Positions 45,075 through 60,000 are shown, numbered from the stretch's first letter. The stretch is DNA of 64,000 nucleotides from an uncultured bacterium (GCA_964482725.1 CAYZYT010000009.1:19832-83831); one strand, 5' to 3'. Translations and numbers: made by a program. Notes: a model not told the origin generated them from the letters alone.

Positions 45075-48000
45075 ATGATCCAAAAAACATCTGCACACAA
45101 GACGCTCATTCCACGCTTTTTCCTCAAGGCGATCAGTCTGTTTACGGTAGTCGTTTTCCTCGGAACTTCCTTTCCGTCCCAGACTCTAGCGCAGATGCCT
45201 TCTACTTCCAATGTTACGGGAGGGATTGACGCCAGTCTTCTTGCCTCGGCCTCCGCCACAAGCGGAAAAGTGCAGGAGATCGTCATCCCTTCCGAACTTG
45301 GAACGATAAGCGAAGCTTATCGCGGGGAACGGGGAACGATGAACGTGGAACGTGGGGCCGAAAACGTTAGCCGTTCCCCGTTAGCCGTTCCCCGGCACGG
45401 CCGTATGGTCGTGCTGATCCAAGACGCTCACGCGGTTCCCGATGCCCAGAGGTCCGTTGAAAAACTGATCGAACATCTCCAGAAAGAATACGGCGTCACG
45501 ACCGTAGCGGTGGAAGGCGCGGAAGGGAAGCTGGACCCCACGCTTTTCCGCCTGTTTCCTGATGCGGAAAAAAGAAAAAGCATTTTTGAAGATTATCTTG
45601 CGAGCGGAGAACTTTCCGGCGCGGCGGCGGCAAGCGTGCTTTCGCCTTACACGGCGGACTATGTCGGGATGGAAGACTGGACGCTTTATCAGGACGGGGT
45701 AGCGGCGTTTCTGGCCGGCCTTGGAAAGCAGGTCGATCTCAAATCTCACATCTCAACTCTCAAATCGGAGCTGCAAAGGCTTAAAACAAAATACTATTCA
45801 GAGGAGGCGCTGGCATTTGATGCCAAACTGGGCGCATGGAATGAAAAACAGAATAATTTGACGGAGCTTTTGAGCTATCTTGCTAAGTTCGTCGAGGTCA
45901 ACGCGCAACGCACAACGCTCAACGTATTATTTGAGGCGTTGGCGCAAGAGAGGAAGGCTGCCCCGAAGCTTGAATCGGAAGTAAAACAGCTTGCCAAGTA
46001 TGTCCACGAGACTGCGCCGAGTGCGAAACTGAACGGACTGGTCCAGGATTACCGGACCGGGCGCTTATCCCTCGCGGCTTTTGCGTATGAGCTTACCGAA
46101 CTCATCTCTGGCAACAAGTCCGTCATTCTGAGCCCGAAGGGCGAAGAATCTCAAAAAAGAGATCCTTCGGTTTTGCCTCAGGATGACGTGAAGATTGTTG
46201 TTTCGGCTGAACTCCGATCGATCATCCAAAACCACGAAAAACTCGTTCAGATGAAAGGGCCTGCATTTATCAAAGAGCTGGAGGCTTTCGTGGAAGACGT
46301 CCGGGCAAAACTTCATACGACACCGGAAGCGAAGGCGGTTGCCGTGCTGGCCAAGCAGTTGCAGCTGCTGGAGAAGCTCTCAACGTTTGAATTGTCGCGG
46401 AGCGAATGGGAAGAACTACGAGCGGGGAACGGGGAACGGGGAACGTGGAACGGGGATGAAAGTATCGATATCTCCCAAAAAAGGATCCTCGATCTTTATC
46501 ACGCACCGCTTGTGGCCGATTTTCTTTCTTTTTATGAAATAGCAATTAAACGCGAAGCCGTTTTTAAGGAGAAGCTTTTTGACCTGTTAGGCGTTAACGT
46601 TTCCCGTTTCCCGTTACCCGCTCCCTACGCCACAAATTCTGTCGCATTTGTGGCGGGCGGCTTCCATACAGGCGGCCTCGCGGCGAAACTCAAGGAACAG
46701 GATATTCCCTATGTCGTCATCTCGCCGGCGATGAAAGAAGTGCCGCAGGACAATCGCTACTTTGAACATATGCAGGGCAAGGTGTCGTGGCGTTCTTACT
46801 TTAAACCGCATAGCGGACGGATTGATCTATTTGATGCCTTTAACCGTGCTACGACAGAAAAACTTTTAGGGGGTAGGGGACAGGGGATAGGCGATAGAAA
46901 ACTAAACCCTAAACCCTATACGCTATACGCTAAGGAATGGCGCGATTCGATCATCCGCAATCTTGCCGCCTCCGGCCGTGTTGCGGAACATGCAAAATAC
47001 ACACATTTCATTGACGAGCAAGCCGCCGGAAATTCCGAAGAGTTTCAGGGGCTCAAACAAACCTGGACCGCGAAACTTGAGCGATTCATCGAAAAACTGC
47101 AGTTCCTTGGTAAGAACAATCAGATCAACGAAGCGAATGTGGCGAAGTTGCTTTCTCAGCCAGCCAACCAGACGCCTTATGCGGTTCCCCTGGTTCCGGG
47201 TGCGACCATTCCCGAAAGCTTTTCAGGAGGTGAACGTGCAACCCACAGGGGCTGGACAGAAAGCGTTCTGACGGACAACGCGCAGCGAGAAATACGAAAA
47301 CCTGAAGCGTTGACCCCTGACCGTAAAACGTTGCCTGCGGCCCAAGGCCGACGTTCCGAGGTGAGAATCTCAGGGGCGAGTCGAGCTGGGGAGAATCTCG
47401 CCCATGATGTGCGTCCGCAAGTTTCGATTGTCATTGAAACGACGCTCAGGGATGAGGTTTTTTTGAACCAACTCGAGAAATATTTTTCCTCGGAGAAGAG
47501 TTCGGAGATCAACAAACAAGTGATCATCGCCGTCGACGGGCGCAGTCAAGCGCTTCAACGCGAACGTTTTGAAAAGCTCAAACGACTGATCAGAGGATTT
47601 GATCCCGAGAAATCAGTTTCCCATGTCCAGTTCGTGCTCGTTCCCGGAACGGGGGCCGTGGGACAGGGGATCCGGAACGGGATTGCCGTTTCGACCGGGG
47701 ACGTCGTTGTTTTGGCAGATGATCGCGCGCCGCTAGACGACGAGATCTATCTTGCTTTGGCGTCACCCGTTCTTCAGAAAAAATCAGAGGCAGTCTATGA
47801 TGCGTCCGGTCTTTACTCGGCGATCAAAACGCGGACGATGAAAGAAGTGCGGTGGAGCAAACGCGGGCCTTTCAGAGACGCAGAGATCAAAGCCAAATTT
47901 GAGCGTCTTGCTTATAAAGCTCAAGTATCTTCCGTTTTATCGTCCGAAGAGCAGGCGCGTATTTCTGCTCGCCCAGGTGTCTCAATTTTCGAGCGCGTTC

Positions 48001-51000
48001 GTGGTGTGCTGGTCCAGGCCTTTTACTCTTTTATCCCCCCTCGGAGTTTCTACTACGGCCAATACGAATTTGAGAAGTCCATGGAAGCCATGGCGAGATT
48101 GCCGCGTCTTGCTGAAGGCGAGAAACGAAAAGTGAGCGTTGTTATTTCTTCGCGGAGCGGAAAACGTTTTTTTTCACCCAACGAGGAAGACGAAGGTCAG
48201 GATGCCTTGCGGGTTAAAGTAGAACAATTGCAGACACTCTTTGCGCTGAATGCTTCCTATGAATGGGAGCTTGTGATCGTTGATGATGCGAGCCCGGGCG
48301 GAAAAACGGGTGAGCGGATCGCTCAAAAAGCCAAGGAACTTTTTCCGGAGTTTTTCCGGTCCGGTAAGATCCGCATTATTTTTTCGAAGGATAAAAAAAG
48401 CCAGAAAGGCGGCGGCATCCTTTTTGGAATGAAGGATGCTCTGAGTCGCAGCGCGGATTATCTGGTTTATACCGATGTCGACCTTTCGGCGGATCTAAGG
48501 CTCATCGGGTCGCTTTTGGAGCCGATCGTTTCCACCGGCGTCGGGATCACGATCGGTTCTCGCGGGCATCCGCGTACCCGGATCATCGGTAAGGGTTCTT
48601 TCCGGAATATCTCAAGCGTCATTTATAATTCTCTGGCGCGTTTTATCCTTCCTATCGGAAAGATCCGAGATACGCAGGCCGGTTTCAAGGCTTTTAGCCG
48701 CGAGACAGCATTGGCGATCGTTCCCGAAGCAAAAGATGTCGGGTTTTCATTCGACACGGATCTTTTGCTCTTGGCGATGGAAAAAGGTTACAAGGTCGAA
48801 GAAATACCCGTTTATTGGAAAGACAGTCAAGTCGGCACTTCCGTGTCCGTCTATTTGTGGGCGCTTCACATGACGACGGGTCTTCTCGAGCAGCGCATTC
48901 GCATGTCCGAACGTGTCTTGGCGCGCCCCGGCATCCAGCCTCGTGCAGTGTTATCGATTCTGGTGTCCCGTGCTGCCATCATGGCGATCCGTGGTATCCA
49001 GAGCTTTATTCGAGCTTACCGACGCGTGAAATCTCTTATACCGGATCGGCCGTCTTTTAAGGCCGTGCCTGTCCCCGGGGCATTCGAGCTCCATGAAGCG
49101 GTGCTCGACAAGCGAACGACTCAGGAATTCTCAGAGAAGGCTCGTGTGATCGTAAGCCAGGCGGGCAAGAATCTTGCCGGTTTCCGAGAACGGATTGCGA
49201 GCATGGACGTGAAAACAAAAACAGAACAAGGACTCGGGAATCGCACCCCTGTGACCGAGGCCGACGAGGCTTTGCAACGATTTATCGTCTCAGAAATTCA
49301 GAGGGTTTTCCCGGGACATTTTGTTATCGCGGAGGAAAAAATCGAGGATGAGATCCTCCGTAAAAATAGGGAAAACGAAAACTCGGACTATGTCTGGATC
49401 CTTGATCCGATCGACGGGACCAAAGAATTCCTCAATCCCGGAAGTGATTATTATGGGATTTCCCTGGCACTCTACTACAAAGGGTTGCCGGTGCTTGCCG
49501 TCGTTCACTCCCCGCATTTTGGGATGATCGAGACCTCCTCAGAGCGTAGCGGCGTTTATCTGAACGGAGAGCCGGTGCGTGTCCGCCAAGAATCTTCGAT
49601 ACGGGACCGTCATGTGGTGATTGACGATGCTCCGCAGAAAATACTCGGTTCCATTCTTGCCGTGGGGAAGGGATGGAAATCCGTTTCTCACAACACCCGT
49701 TCCGTGGTGTTGAATCTGGTGGGGATGGCCGCTTCAGGCCAAGACGCGATGGCGCCGGATCTTTTTTGGAAAGGCGGTGATCGCGGGCCTTTGCTTTGGG
49801 ATATTGCCGCGGCAAGTTATCTTCTCAAAAAAGCGGGGGGGATTGCGTTCAGCGTTGAACAAGGGAGGGTCGTTGAAGTCGAACAAGCGATCCGTGAGAC
49901 GATCCTTGATCCGGCCCAACGAGGCAGGCATTTTTCTGTTTTGGCGGGCACGCCGGAGGCCGTCCTCGCAGCGGCGAATGCTTTGCAGAGGAACCTTGGC
50001 GGAGGTATGTCCCAGAGCACGAAATCTCAGGATCTTGTCGTCGAACGGGTGACCGCGGATCAAAAAATCAGCGCGGTGCACTTCCACTACGATTTTGAAA
50101 TACCCGGAAACCAGATCGCTTTTCCGATCGGTCATGCGGTAAAACCGCAGGCCCCGGTGCTCCTGCAATTCAAGGAAGGATCTTTTGTTTTTAAAAAAGT
50201 CAGCGATTCTCGTTCGCGCGCCCAATACGTGGTGTCTTATCAGAAGGCATTAAAGCAAAGCGGCCTTCTTTCGGTGCCTGGGCTTATCCCGCTCAAGGGA
50301 CGGGCGGGGCAAGCTGCGGATGATTTCCTGGTCGAGCTTTCGGACGGTTATTACGCGCTCGAGGAAGCGCTTCTCCAGGGCTTGGAGATCTCCTATGCGA
50401 AAGCCAATCTAAAACAATTTGAGGATCTTGGCGCGTTGATCGCGGTATTCCATAATACTTCCGAGGGTTTTGAGCTGGAGGGGAAGAAGAGTGAAAATCC
50501 TCTCATCGCGATCGTTGATCGGCAGAAGGATTTTGAAACGTTGGGGATCGCGCTCCGAATTAAAGAACTCATGAAGGGGACGGCGCATCTTGCCCGGGGT
50601 GAGAAACTCTTCCTTAAGAACTATCCGATGCTCATCTCCCAACTCGAGATTCTGCGAGCCCATCTTCCGGGCTCCCGATACGACGCACTTCCGAAGGCGT
50701 TCGTGCCAGCGGATTTGAGCCTCCACAATATGCGGTTTTCCGGGGATGGGAGTTCCGCGCTTTCAGTCTACGATTTTGGCAAGCTGCGCTATCAACCGCG
50801 TCTTGAGGACCTGAAAAATCCAGCCATGTCCCTCGGGCCTGAGAAGGGAAGGACTTATAATCTGGATGTTTTAAATGCGATTGTTCGGGGATACCAGTCG
50901 GCGGCGCGCGAGCCTCTCACGGCAGAGGAGCTTGAGGCCTTGCCGGAATTTATCCGCGGAACTTTTCTCTGGCAATATGCGGGATGGTTTTTTCTTGAGA

Positions 51001-54000
51001 TGGCCAAGCTGAATACCGACGATGCGGTCTACGATCAAGCCGTGGATCTTTTTCAGTATTTCGGTCGGGTTGCGCATGATTTTCCGGCGGGTCCTCCGTC
51101 TCCTTCTTCAGCCGAAGGCCGCCGTTCCGAGTTGCGGAAGGGCGAGGATGTTCTTCTCCCGGAAGTTTCGGCGGAAGGGAAGTCTGAAATTGAAAAATAT
51201 CTTTCCGGAAAAACGCTCATTCATTCTGTTTTTGAAGGGGGCGGGGCGAAAGGGGTGGCCTATGTCGGCGCTTTGGAAGAGCTGGAATCGCAAAACATGT
51301 GGTTTAAGGAAGTGGCCGGCACCTCGGCCGGGGCGATCACGGCGGCTTTGATCGCGGCCGGGTATACGTATCCCGAGATCAAAAAGATCGTTTTTGAATC
51401 CGACTTCAACCAGTTCAAGGACTTGCGGTGGGGGATCGTTCCGCCTTGGCTCAATCTCATGGTCTTTGGGGGCTTGTACCGCGGCCTCGCGTTTGAAAAA
51501 TGGATCGCCGAAAAACTGAAGGACAAGCTCGGCTTTGAGCCGGTGTTCAAGGACCTTCCCATTCCGCTTTCGGTCGTCTCGAGCGATATTTCCAACAAAG
51601 ACATGCTGATCCTCGATAAAGATACGGCGCCCGACCTCAAGGTCGCGGAAGCCGTGCGTATGTCGATGGGCATTCCGTTTTTCTTTGAAGTTTACCGCTG
51701 GCTTGGGGCTTATAAGCGCTTTCCGCTTGCGGTGCGTCGCATGGTCGACGGGGGGCTCCTAAGCAATTTCCCGCTTTTTATTTATGACGAGGCGGGAAGC
51801 AAGGGGGAACCGGTCGTCGGTTTCATGCTTCAGGAAATTCCGCACAAGAAAGAAGCCTCAAAAGGCTGGATTAGCAAGCTGCTGGCTCTCCTGAAATATC
51901 TTCCGGCGTTTCACATAGCCTCGGCTGTGATCGAAACGGCGCTCCAGGGTCAGGACAACCGTCATATTGAAGATGATGTGTGGGCCAAGATCGTCAATAT
52001 TCCGGTCGATGTTGGGACTTTGGATTTCGATCTGACGCTTGCGCAAAAAGAAGAATTGGCGGCACGCGGCAAGGAAGCCACCCGGAAGATCCTCGGACTT
52101 GCGCTTCGCGGTGAAAAAGGGAAAGATTCTGAAGTTTCGGTTGCTTCAATTCGATCCGAAGTAAGGGGAAAGAGTGCTCCGGATGCGATCACCGGCCGTC
52201 GGATCCCTGTTTCCAAGCAGCTGCTCCTTCCGGATTGGGCGCGGGGTTTTATTGATGCCCGTCAGGGAAATCAATACAGAACGCCAGACGAGCGCATGGC
52301 CGTGGCCGTGGAGTTGTCACGGCTGAATGTCGAGAACCATACCGGGGGACCTTTCGGGGCCGCGATCTTTGAGCGCGAAAGCGGGCGTCTCTTTGCCATC
52401 GGCGTCAACCGCGTGGTGCCTCAAAACAACTCGATGGCTCATGCCGAAATGATGGCATTCGTGATGGCACAGGCCCGCCTGAGAAAATTCACTCTCGACA
52501 GGCCGGGGCCGGGACTTGAACTCGTCACCAGCGCACAACCTTGCGCCATGTGTTTCGGAGCGACGCCGTGGTCGGGGGTCAAGAGCGTTGTGATTGGCGC
52601 GCGTGGGGAAGATGTGGAAAGCATCACGGGTTTTGATGAAGGTCCAATCCATCCGGAGTGGCAGAAGGAACTTGAAAGCCGCGGGATCTCGGTTCAACGC
52701 GATGTATTGCGTGATGAAGCGATCGCGGAACTGCGCAGCTATGTCGAACAGAACGGCGTGGTCTATAACGGCCGCTTATCGGCGGCTGAATCAGTGGATG
52801 ATAAACAGGAAGTGAAGTCTGATGCCTCTGTCCGATCGGCATTGGAACCCAATCCCACAGGGACTTCACAAAACGCCGTGTTCCAAACGCTTCGGCAGGA
52901 ACATGCGGACGGTAGGGATTCTCAAGAATCCCACAGACCGTACTTGGCGGAAGGACCGACAAGTAATGGTTCTGTCCGATCCGAAATCCGGAAAATGTGG
53001 GTCAAGGTCGCCGTGGCAGTCGCGGCGGGTGGACTGCTCGTAAGCGGGGCTTTTTTGCTCGACTCTTTTTTGAAGACCTTTCTGACGATCCTTTTTGTCG
53101 TGAATCCGATCGGTTCGGCCGTCACATTTGTTTCGATGACCGGGGAAATGAAGGATGCGGGGAAGCGGGAAAGCCTTTCCAAAAAGTCGCTTATTGCCGC
53201 CACAGCGGTTGGGGCGTTATTCCTTTTTTCCGGCAACCTCCTTTTTGATTTTATGGGGATCACGCTCGGAACCTTTATGATCGCCGGCGGGGCGCTTCTT
53301 TTCACGATTTCCCTCACTTCTTTGACAGCTTCGACGAGCGACAAAAGGGTCGATCCAAACGAGATGGGAGTCGTTCCTCTGGGTATCCCGCTTATCGTCG
53401 GTCCTGCGACGCTTACGACTTTAATGATCCTCCGGGGCCAATACGGCTGGCCGGTCGTGATCGCCGCTTTCCTTGCGAACATGTTCCTGACGGCCATGCT
53501 TTTCCGTTATTCCGGGAAAGTAATCGCTGTGCTCGGGAAGGAAGGCGCCAAGGTCATCGGCAAGATCTTTAATCTGCTTCTTGCGGCGCTCGGCGTCACC
53601 TTGATCGTGAAGGGCCTTTTGACGGTTTTTCCTGGCCTTCATTCCGATACCGTGCGCCCTTTAAGTCTTCCGAAGGACAAGCCGGTCATTGAATCCTCAT
53701 CGCAACCAGGGGCGAATATCCGTTTTGAGCATGCCCGCTTCGATCTGCTGGCAAAGCAGTCTGGATCCGTTCCGCCATCTCGTTCGGAGGTTAGAGAAAA
53801 TACTTCCGCTGACTTTCAGGAGCTGTCCATTCACAAAGGGAAGCAGGTCTCGGAGATTTTGCGTGCGATGGGCCGGCTCGATCATACCAAGGTCTGGGGA
53901 GTGACAAGCCGCGGCGTTCTGCAGATCAGCTGGGGGGACTGGATCGAGCATGAAATGAACAATGCCATGCAGCTTCTTCTTTCCGGCATGGATCTTTATC

Positions 54001-57000
54001 TTCTGGGATGGGGAAAGGACAATCTAGTCACAGCCCGGGAAGGCTGGGACAAAGCGGAAGATTTTTTGATGATCCACAAGGCGTGGCGGGAGGCGGTTCG
54101 AAATAATTTTTCGGAAGTGATTCCGAAGGTTCATTCCCCCGTGGCCGGAAGCTCCCGGGAGCTGGCTTTGGATCGAATCGAGCAGCCCTACTATTTTATG
54201 CGCACGGTTTTTATCGACAGTCCGGACGCCGAAAATAACCGGGAACTCTACATCAGATTTGTGGATCGCCTGGAAAATGTCTTGATGTGGTTTGGAGGAC
54301 AGGTTGCCCAGGAAGTAGACAAGTACGAAAAGGCGAATGGCCCGCTTTCTCCTAAGGGAGCCGAATTATTTTCCGATTCCAGGAAGGGCCGTTCCGAAGT
54401 GCGGGATGATAAGCCGTTAGCTTCAAAAACAGTCAGGCTTCAGATTCCTAAGGGCATATTCAAAAGTATGGCGCAGCAGCCGGCAGGCGAACCTTCCAGA
54501 CCGGATACCGCGGTTGCTGGACCCGGTCCGGAACAGGCAGAAAAATCCCTCAAGAAAAGGGCTGTAAAGTCCACGCCGCTTATCGAGAGTCTCCGCGGGT
54601 ATTACTCAGCGAGAGAGAAAATGCTCAAGGCGATCAAGCAGGGAGACAGCCTGGTTTATGAAGAAAACCTCTTCGCCATGGCGAAATTTTCCCGGGAGAC
54701 GGTAAGCCTGGACAAAAAGAAATCCGCGATCGAGGATGCCGTCGAAGAACTCAGGACGTCGGGGGAAGAATCTTTTAAAACCGAGCTGATCGGCGACGGC
54801 CTGGAGATCACGCGCGTCCTTTCCGATGAATTTTCTTCCGTCGAAAAAGAACAACTGAGTCAGGCTTACGGTGAGTTTCTGCAGGCGCTCGGCTACGATG
54901 CCGTGAATCGTGAGACGCTTGTCCGCGAACTGATGCTGATCACGTATCCGCTGACGTTGATGGACCTCATGCCGAAGAGTATCAAGGATTTCCAGACGAA
55001 GCCGCGCGCCCTCATGGATGTTTTTCAGGCATTTGAGTCCGTCGCCTTCGCCGAAGGGCGCGGGGCTCTCGGGGCTTTGATCGGCGGCGACGTTCTGGAC
55101 CATGACCTTGGCATCCATTTGATCAAGCAGGACGACGAAGTCCTGCTCCGATCTGTCGCGCTGCATGAAGTGACCCATTATCTCGCCCGGAAGAATCTCC
55201 TACCTTTCGATGTTTCAAGCGAGATCATCACGCAGGCTGTGACGATGGTCATTCTCTTTCACGGTATGCCCTACAAAAAAGCCGTGACCGCTTTCGAAGG
55301 CTTCGGCAGTCTCTCAAAGGAGATCGTGGAGCAGGCTAAGGAGGATGTCCGGAAGAAAAGACGCCTCATGGAGCCTGAAGAACTGATGGACTGGGTCCAC
55401 AAAATGATCGTGCTTCATAAGCCGGAGCTCTTGCACGCGCCTCAGGACGCTTTCCGGGACATGCAGGAAAGATTCGCCGGCATGTATTTGGGGGCGTACG
55501 GCTTTTTTGTGACCGAGAATAAATCAGAAAGCGATTCGCTCCGGTACGTGATCCATTACGGTTCGAAAAATTTGCCGAAGGTGAATCACGCGGACTATTC
55601 AAGGAAGCTGTCTTCCAGGGATTGGGAATACATCCATAAAGTGCTGGCTCGCCTCCAGGCGATCGCCGAGGTCATTTTGCAGGAGGACGGGATCAAGTTT
55701 ACCGCGCGTCTCAAGAAAGATATGCGGAATATGGCGGGGGTGCGGTGGTACTACAATCAGGAAGAACACACCTTCTATTATGTGCCCTGGGATATTCTGG
55801 AATACGGGGAAGAAGGCTCGGAGGGGATGCTTCTCACGGAGCTTTTCCGGCAGATGTATTCCCGCATGGAATTTATTGAGGGCGACTACGACACTCCGGA
55901 GTTCCGTCTCCTTTACGGTCTCCTGGATACCCACCGGGTGGTCGGGGAAGGGATCAAGGAATTCTCGGGCCGCGAAGAGGCTGTTAAGAAATTCTTCGAA
56001 AAAAAGATCAGGATCCTCAACCTCGAAACGGAAAAAGAGCGGATGGCGCAAAACCCGCTTTTTGTCCAGTTCTCGGAAGGTGTCTTCTATTATCTCGCGA
56101 CTGATTTTGCTGAATCCTCCGCGAAGAACGATCCCCGCATTACGAACGCAAAGGTCCTTTATGCCCTAACGGAATCTTATCCCGCTATTTTGCAGGCCAC
56201 CGCTCTGAAGGATGAGAAATTCTATCAATGGATCCGCGACGAGATCTGGCCGCATGTGAAGCCGCTGATCGATGAGGATCTCAAAAAACTGTTCGATGAA
56301 ATGATGGAAGATGAAATGCTTCGCCAGCTTCTCGAAGAGCAGATGAAAGAAGGCGGTGAAATGCCGGATATGCCGGGGATGCCGGGCATGCCCGGGATGG
56401 GACAGGGCAGGGGCGAGGGAAATACCCAGGCCGGAGATCTTGATCCCGAGATGAAGGCTAAGCTCCAGAAGATGCTGAAAGAAAAACTTGCCTCGATGAC
56501 CCCCGCCGAACGGGAAGCTTTCCTCAAGAAGGTCAAAGAAGCTTATCAAAAACAGCTCCGCAAACAGACCGATCAAATGTCGGATGTGACGGGACAGACG
56601 CCGAGCTCAATGCAACCCGGCGTCGGCCAGCCGTCGCCTGAGCAGGTCAAGGCCGGTCTTTCCCAGGTCGCGAACGCGCTTCGCGGTCTGGCGGATCAGG
56701 TGGAAGGTATCAAGGGCAATGCCGGAGAGATCAGCTCTTCTGCCGGCCAGGCGTCCCAGGGCGCTGCCGGTGTTTCAGAACAGGCGGATACTTTGAGCGC
56801 GAAGCCCGAGGAAATGTCGAAGGGAGCTATGCAGCCCATGGATCAATCTTTGGGCGGTTTGATGGACAAGATCAAGGCCCTGCGGGAAAAAACTTTCGAG
56901 TTCAACCGCAAGGCCCGTGAGATCGACGATCAGGCCAATGCTTTCGGAAACATCGGGGATGCGGTCCAGGATCAAATGAAACAGCTCCTGGACCATGCCG

Positions 57001-60000
57001 ATGACCTTGCTTCTCTCTCTGCGGATGTTCATCAAACGTCGGCCGAGGCGGACCAGGAAGGCCGTGAGGCCGGTGAAATTGCCGGAGAATTGAAAGCCAG
57101 GCTTGAAGGAGAGAACCCGAGGATCGACGGCCTCAAGGGCCGGGCGCAGCAGATCCAGGCTAAAATGGAAAAGATCGATAAGTCCCTCGAGGACATGGTG
57201 AAGGAACTGCAGGAAGCCCGGCGCCATGCGGACGGTCTTCAAAGCAGTGTCAATCAGGTGGCCCGTCGCGTGGAATCTCCGATGCCGCAGATTTCGGCGG
57301 AGGGTGGGTCGACCGCGGGATCAACAGGTTCCGGGGATCCCGGTGCTCATGGCGCGGCGCCGAGCGATAATCGCGAGAGAGCCATGAATGCCAGGGCCGG
57401 CAGCAGGAGCTCCACGGGGATCGAACGGCATCATTCCGTGGATAGCGCGATCGCGGAGCAGATGAAGCGGTTGCTAGCAGAGCCCGAATATCAGGTCGAT
57501 CCGGAAACCATGCGTCTTCCTGCGAAAACCGTCATTCCTCGGATCACGAACAGTCAGTCGGCGGTCTACCAGGCGATCCGCAAGCCCTCGATCCAGTTCG
57601 AGGCGACGCTGCGGAGCAATATTTTGAATGTACTTCACGAACTTGAAACGAGCCTGCTCCTTGCGAACCAGCGGAAGGGACGCATCAACCCGCGGGCCCT
57701 GACCCGGGTGAACACCGGCGATCAGCGGATCTTCCAGCTCAAAAAAATCCCTGACATCAAAAAAATGAGGCTCACGCTTCTGATCGACGTGAGCGGCAGC
57801 ATGTACTCGGACGGCGGCAATCTGGATCTTGATGCTTTCAATCCAGGAGCGCTTGTCGGGAGTAACAGGATCAACAGCGCCATCCGGACCGCGGTTATGT
57901 TTATGGAAGCCTTCGGCAACGATGAGGATATCGAACTTGAGATCATTCTTGTGGCAGACAATGCCCGGATTGAAAAGCCCTTTGACCAGCCGGTGACCCC
58001 TGAGTTTGCTTATCAAGTCGTTTCCAGGATCCTGCATCACAACCTGGGAGGCGGAAATGCCGATCTGAAAGGGCTTAAGCTCGCGGTCGAAAGCCAGGAC
58101 CTTCGGGAAAAAGAAGCCGGCGTTCAACCCAAGATCATTGTGATAGTTGCGGACGGAGGCATCAACTATACGGATAAAGAGGGGATTGAAAAAACCCTCA
58201 CGACTCGCAAAGACATTGCCTGGCTGCCCACGGGAATCGGTCCCGCGTCCGCGGACGTCAAAAATGCCTATGCCCCTTACGGAGAGGTCGTCGATAGCGT
58301 CAATCAGCTCCCTGAAAAGATCGGAGAAAGATTACAGACACAGATCGAGGCGATCGTGGCGGGCGTCACAGGACGCAGTGAGTTGCGGGATCCGCAGCGT
58401 TTCGAGAACTTCAGCGCGTCCATGGTCGAAGCTTCGCGCAATCTTATGAAAGACGGATTTGACTACGTCACGGAGGACGGGAAAACCTACCTCGTTGTTT
58501 CGCCGGAGACGGACGGAAGCCAAAAATATCCTGATTTCAAGGTGCCGGTGCGGGATGGCGTGAGCAATCTGCGCAAGGAGTCCTTTTATGCGTCGCCTAC
58601 CAATATCCGCGATATCACGAAGATCATTTTGAGAGCGCATGATCAGTCGCTTGACCGCACCGCGCTCAACGTCCAGGGAGACGCCGGATCGGGTAAAAAT
58701 AAGAAGATCTATCACGCGGCCCGTCTCATCGGACAGAATGTCCGCTTCATGGCGCTCCATGATGACATCCACGAAGATGACCTTGTGGAGCGGCGGGGGG
58801 TGAACGAACGCTCCGACGGGAAAACCGACTGGATCCCTTCGGCAATTGTTGAAGCCATGTTGAAAGGGGAATGGGTGATCCTCGACGAATACAACAAAGC
58901 GAAGCCGGAAGTGCTCGCCCGCCTCAATCAGATCATTCAGTCCCGCACCGTGACTTTGCATGACGGAACCAAGGTCAAGGCCAAAGAAGGCTTTGCCATC
59001 ATCCTGACCAGTAATCCTCCGAGCGGTTCGGGCGACGCTGCGGTTTATTCGGTCGCGGCGACCTCCGGCGAGATGCTCGACCGTATTCGTACGATCAATA
59101 TTGAATATTTACCGGCGCAGGAAGAACAAGCGCTTCTGTTTTGGACGCTCATGAAAGAGCGCAAGCTTTCGAACACCGACAAGATCAGCCGGGAAGAGCG
59201 GGAATTGATCCTTCAGCTGGTTTCGGCCGCAAATATCAACCGTACCATTTATAACGGGCAGAATGAGTCGGGCCAGAAAGGCACCGGGCGCGGCAGGAAC
59301 ATCGCGCGGCCGCTGTCGACCCGTTCTCTGGTCAATATCCTCAAGCATATCGCGGAGTTTCCCGGTGAGATCCACCGTATGAAATCGGTGATCAAGCGTT
59401 TTTACTCCTACGAGTGGGAAAAACAGGATCAGATCCTGCGCGTCGAAGAGATCTTCAACCACTTCGCCAGTTTAAATCGGGATATGCCGCTCCTGTTTAA
59501 CGAGGAAGATCTCAAAGGACCTGTTTACGGGACGAATGCCCGGGGGAAGCGCGTTCTAAAGTTTAAAGGCCTCGAAGTGCCGGTGAGCGACGATGCTCCG
59601 CAAAGTCTTGAGGAGATACCGCTTGAAGACCGCGTGATGTGGACGCCCACCAATCTCCGGTATCTCTATGATTGCCTCATGGATTTCAAAAAAGGAAGGC
59701 ACATGCTTTTCATCGGCGAGGCCGGAACGGGGAAAGACGTGATCGCGGAATACGTTTCGTGGCTCCTTTACGGTCCGAAAGTCGAGACCTTCGGCGTGAC
59801 GCGCAATGCCATGGTGGAGGATCTGATCGCTTACCTCGGGCTCGGGGAAGGCGAAAGGATGGACAAAGGCGGCATGGTGATCGCGGCCGGGAAGAACGAA
59901 ACGGGGCTTGTGCCGGCGTATGTGATCCGCGCGATGAAAGCAGGCCGTCCGGTCATTCTGGACGAGATCAACAAAGGGAAACCGGAAGTTTTTGCGGTCA

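Noticed and set aside
47352-54404. Idea that the RSEVR DNA motif (GGCCGTTCCGAAGTGCGG) derives from insertion of the GGCCGTTCCAAT hairpin element
   Set aside because: Similarity is limited to about 10 nt of the left arm. No matching right arm follows any RSEVR site. Treated as coincidence. A protein-level (linker) explanation is favoured
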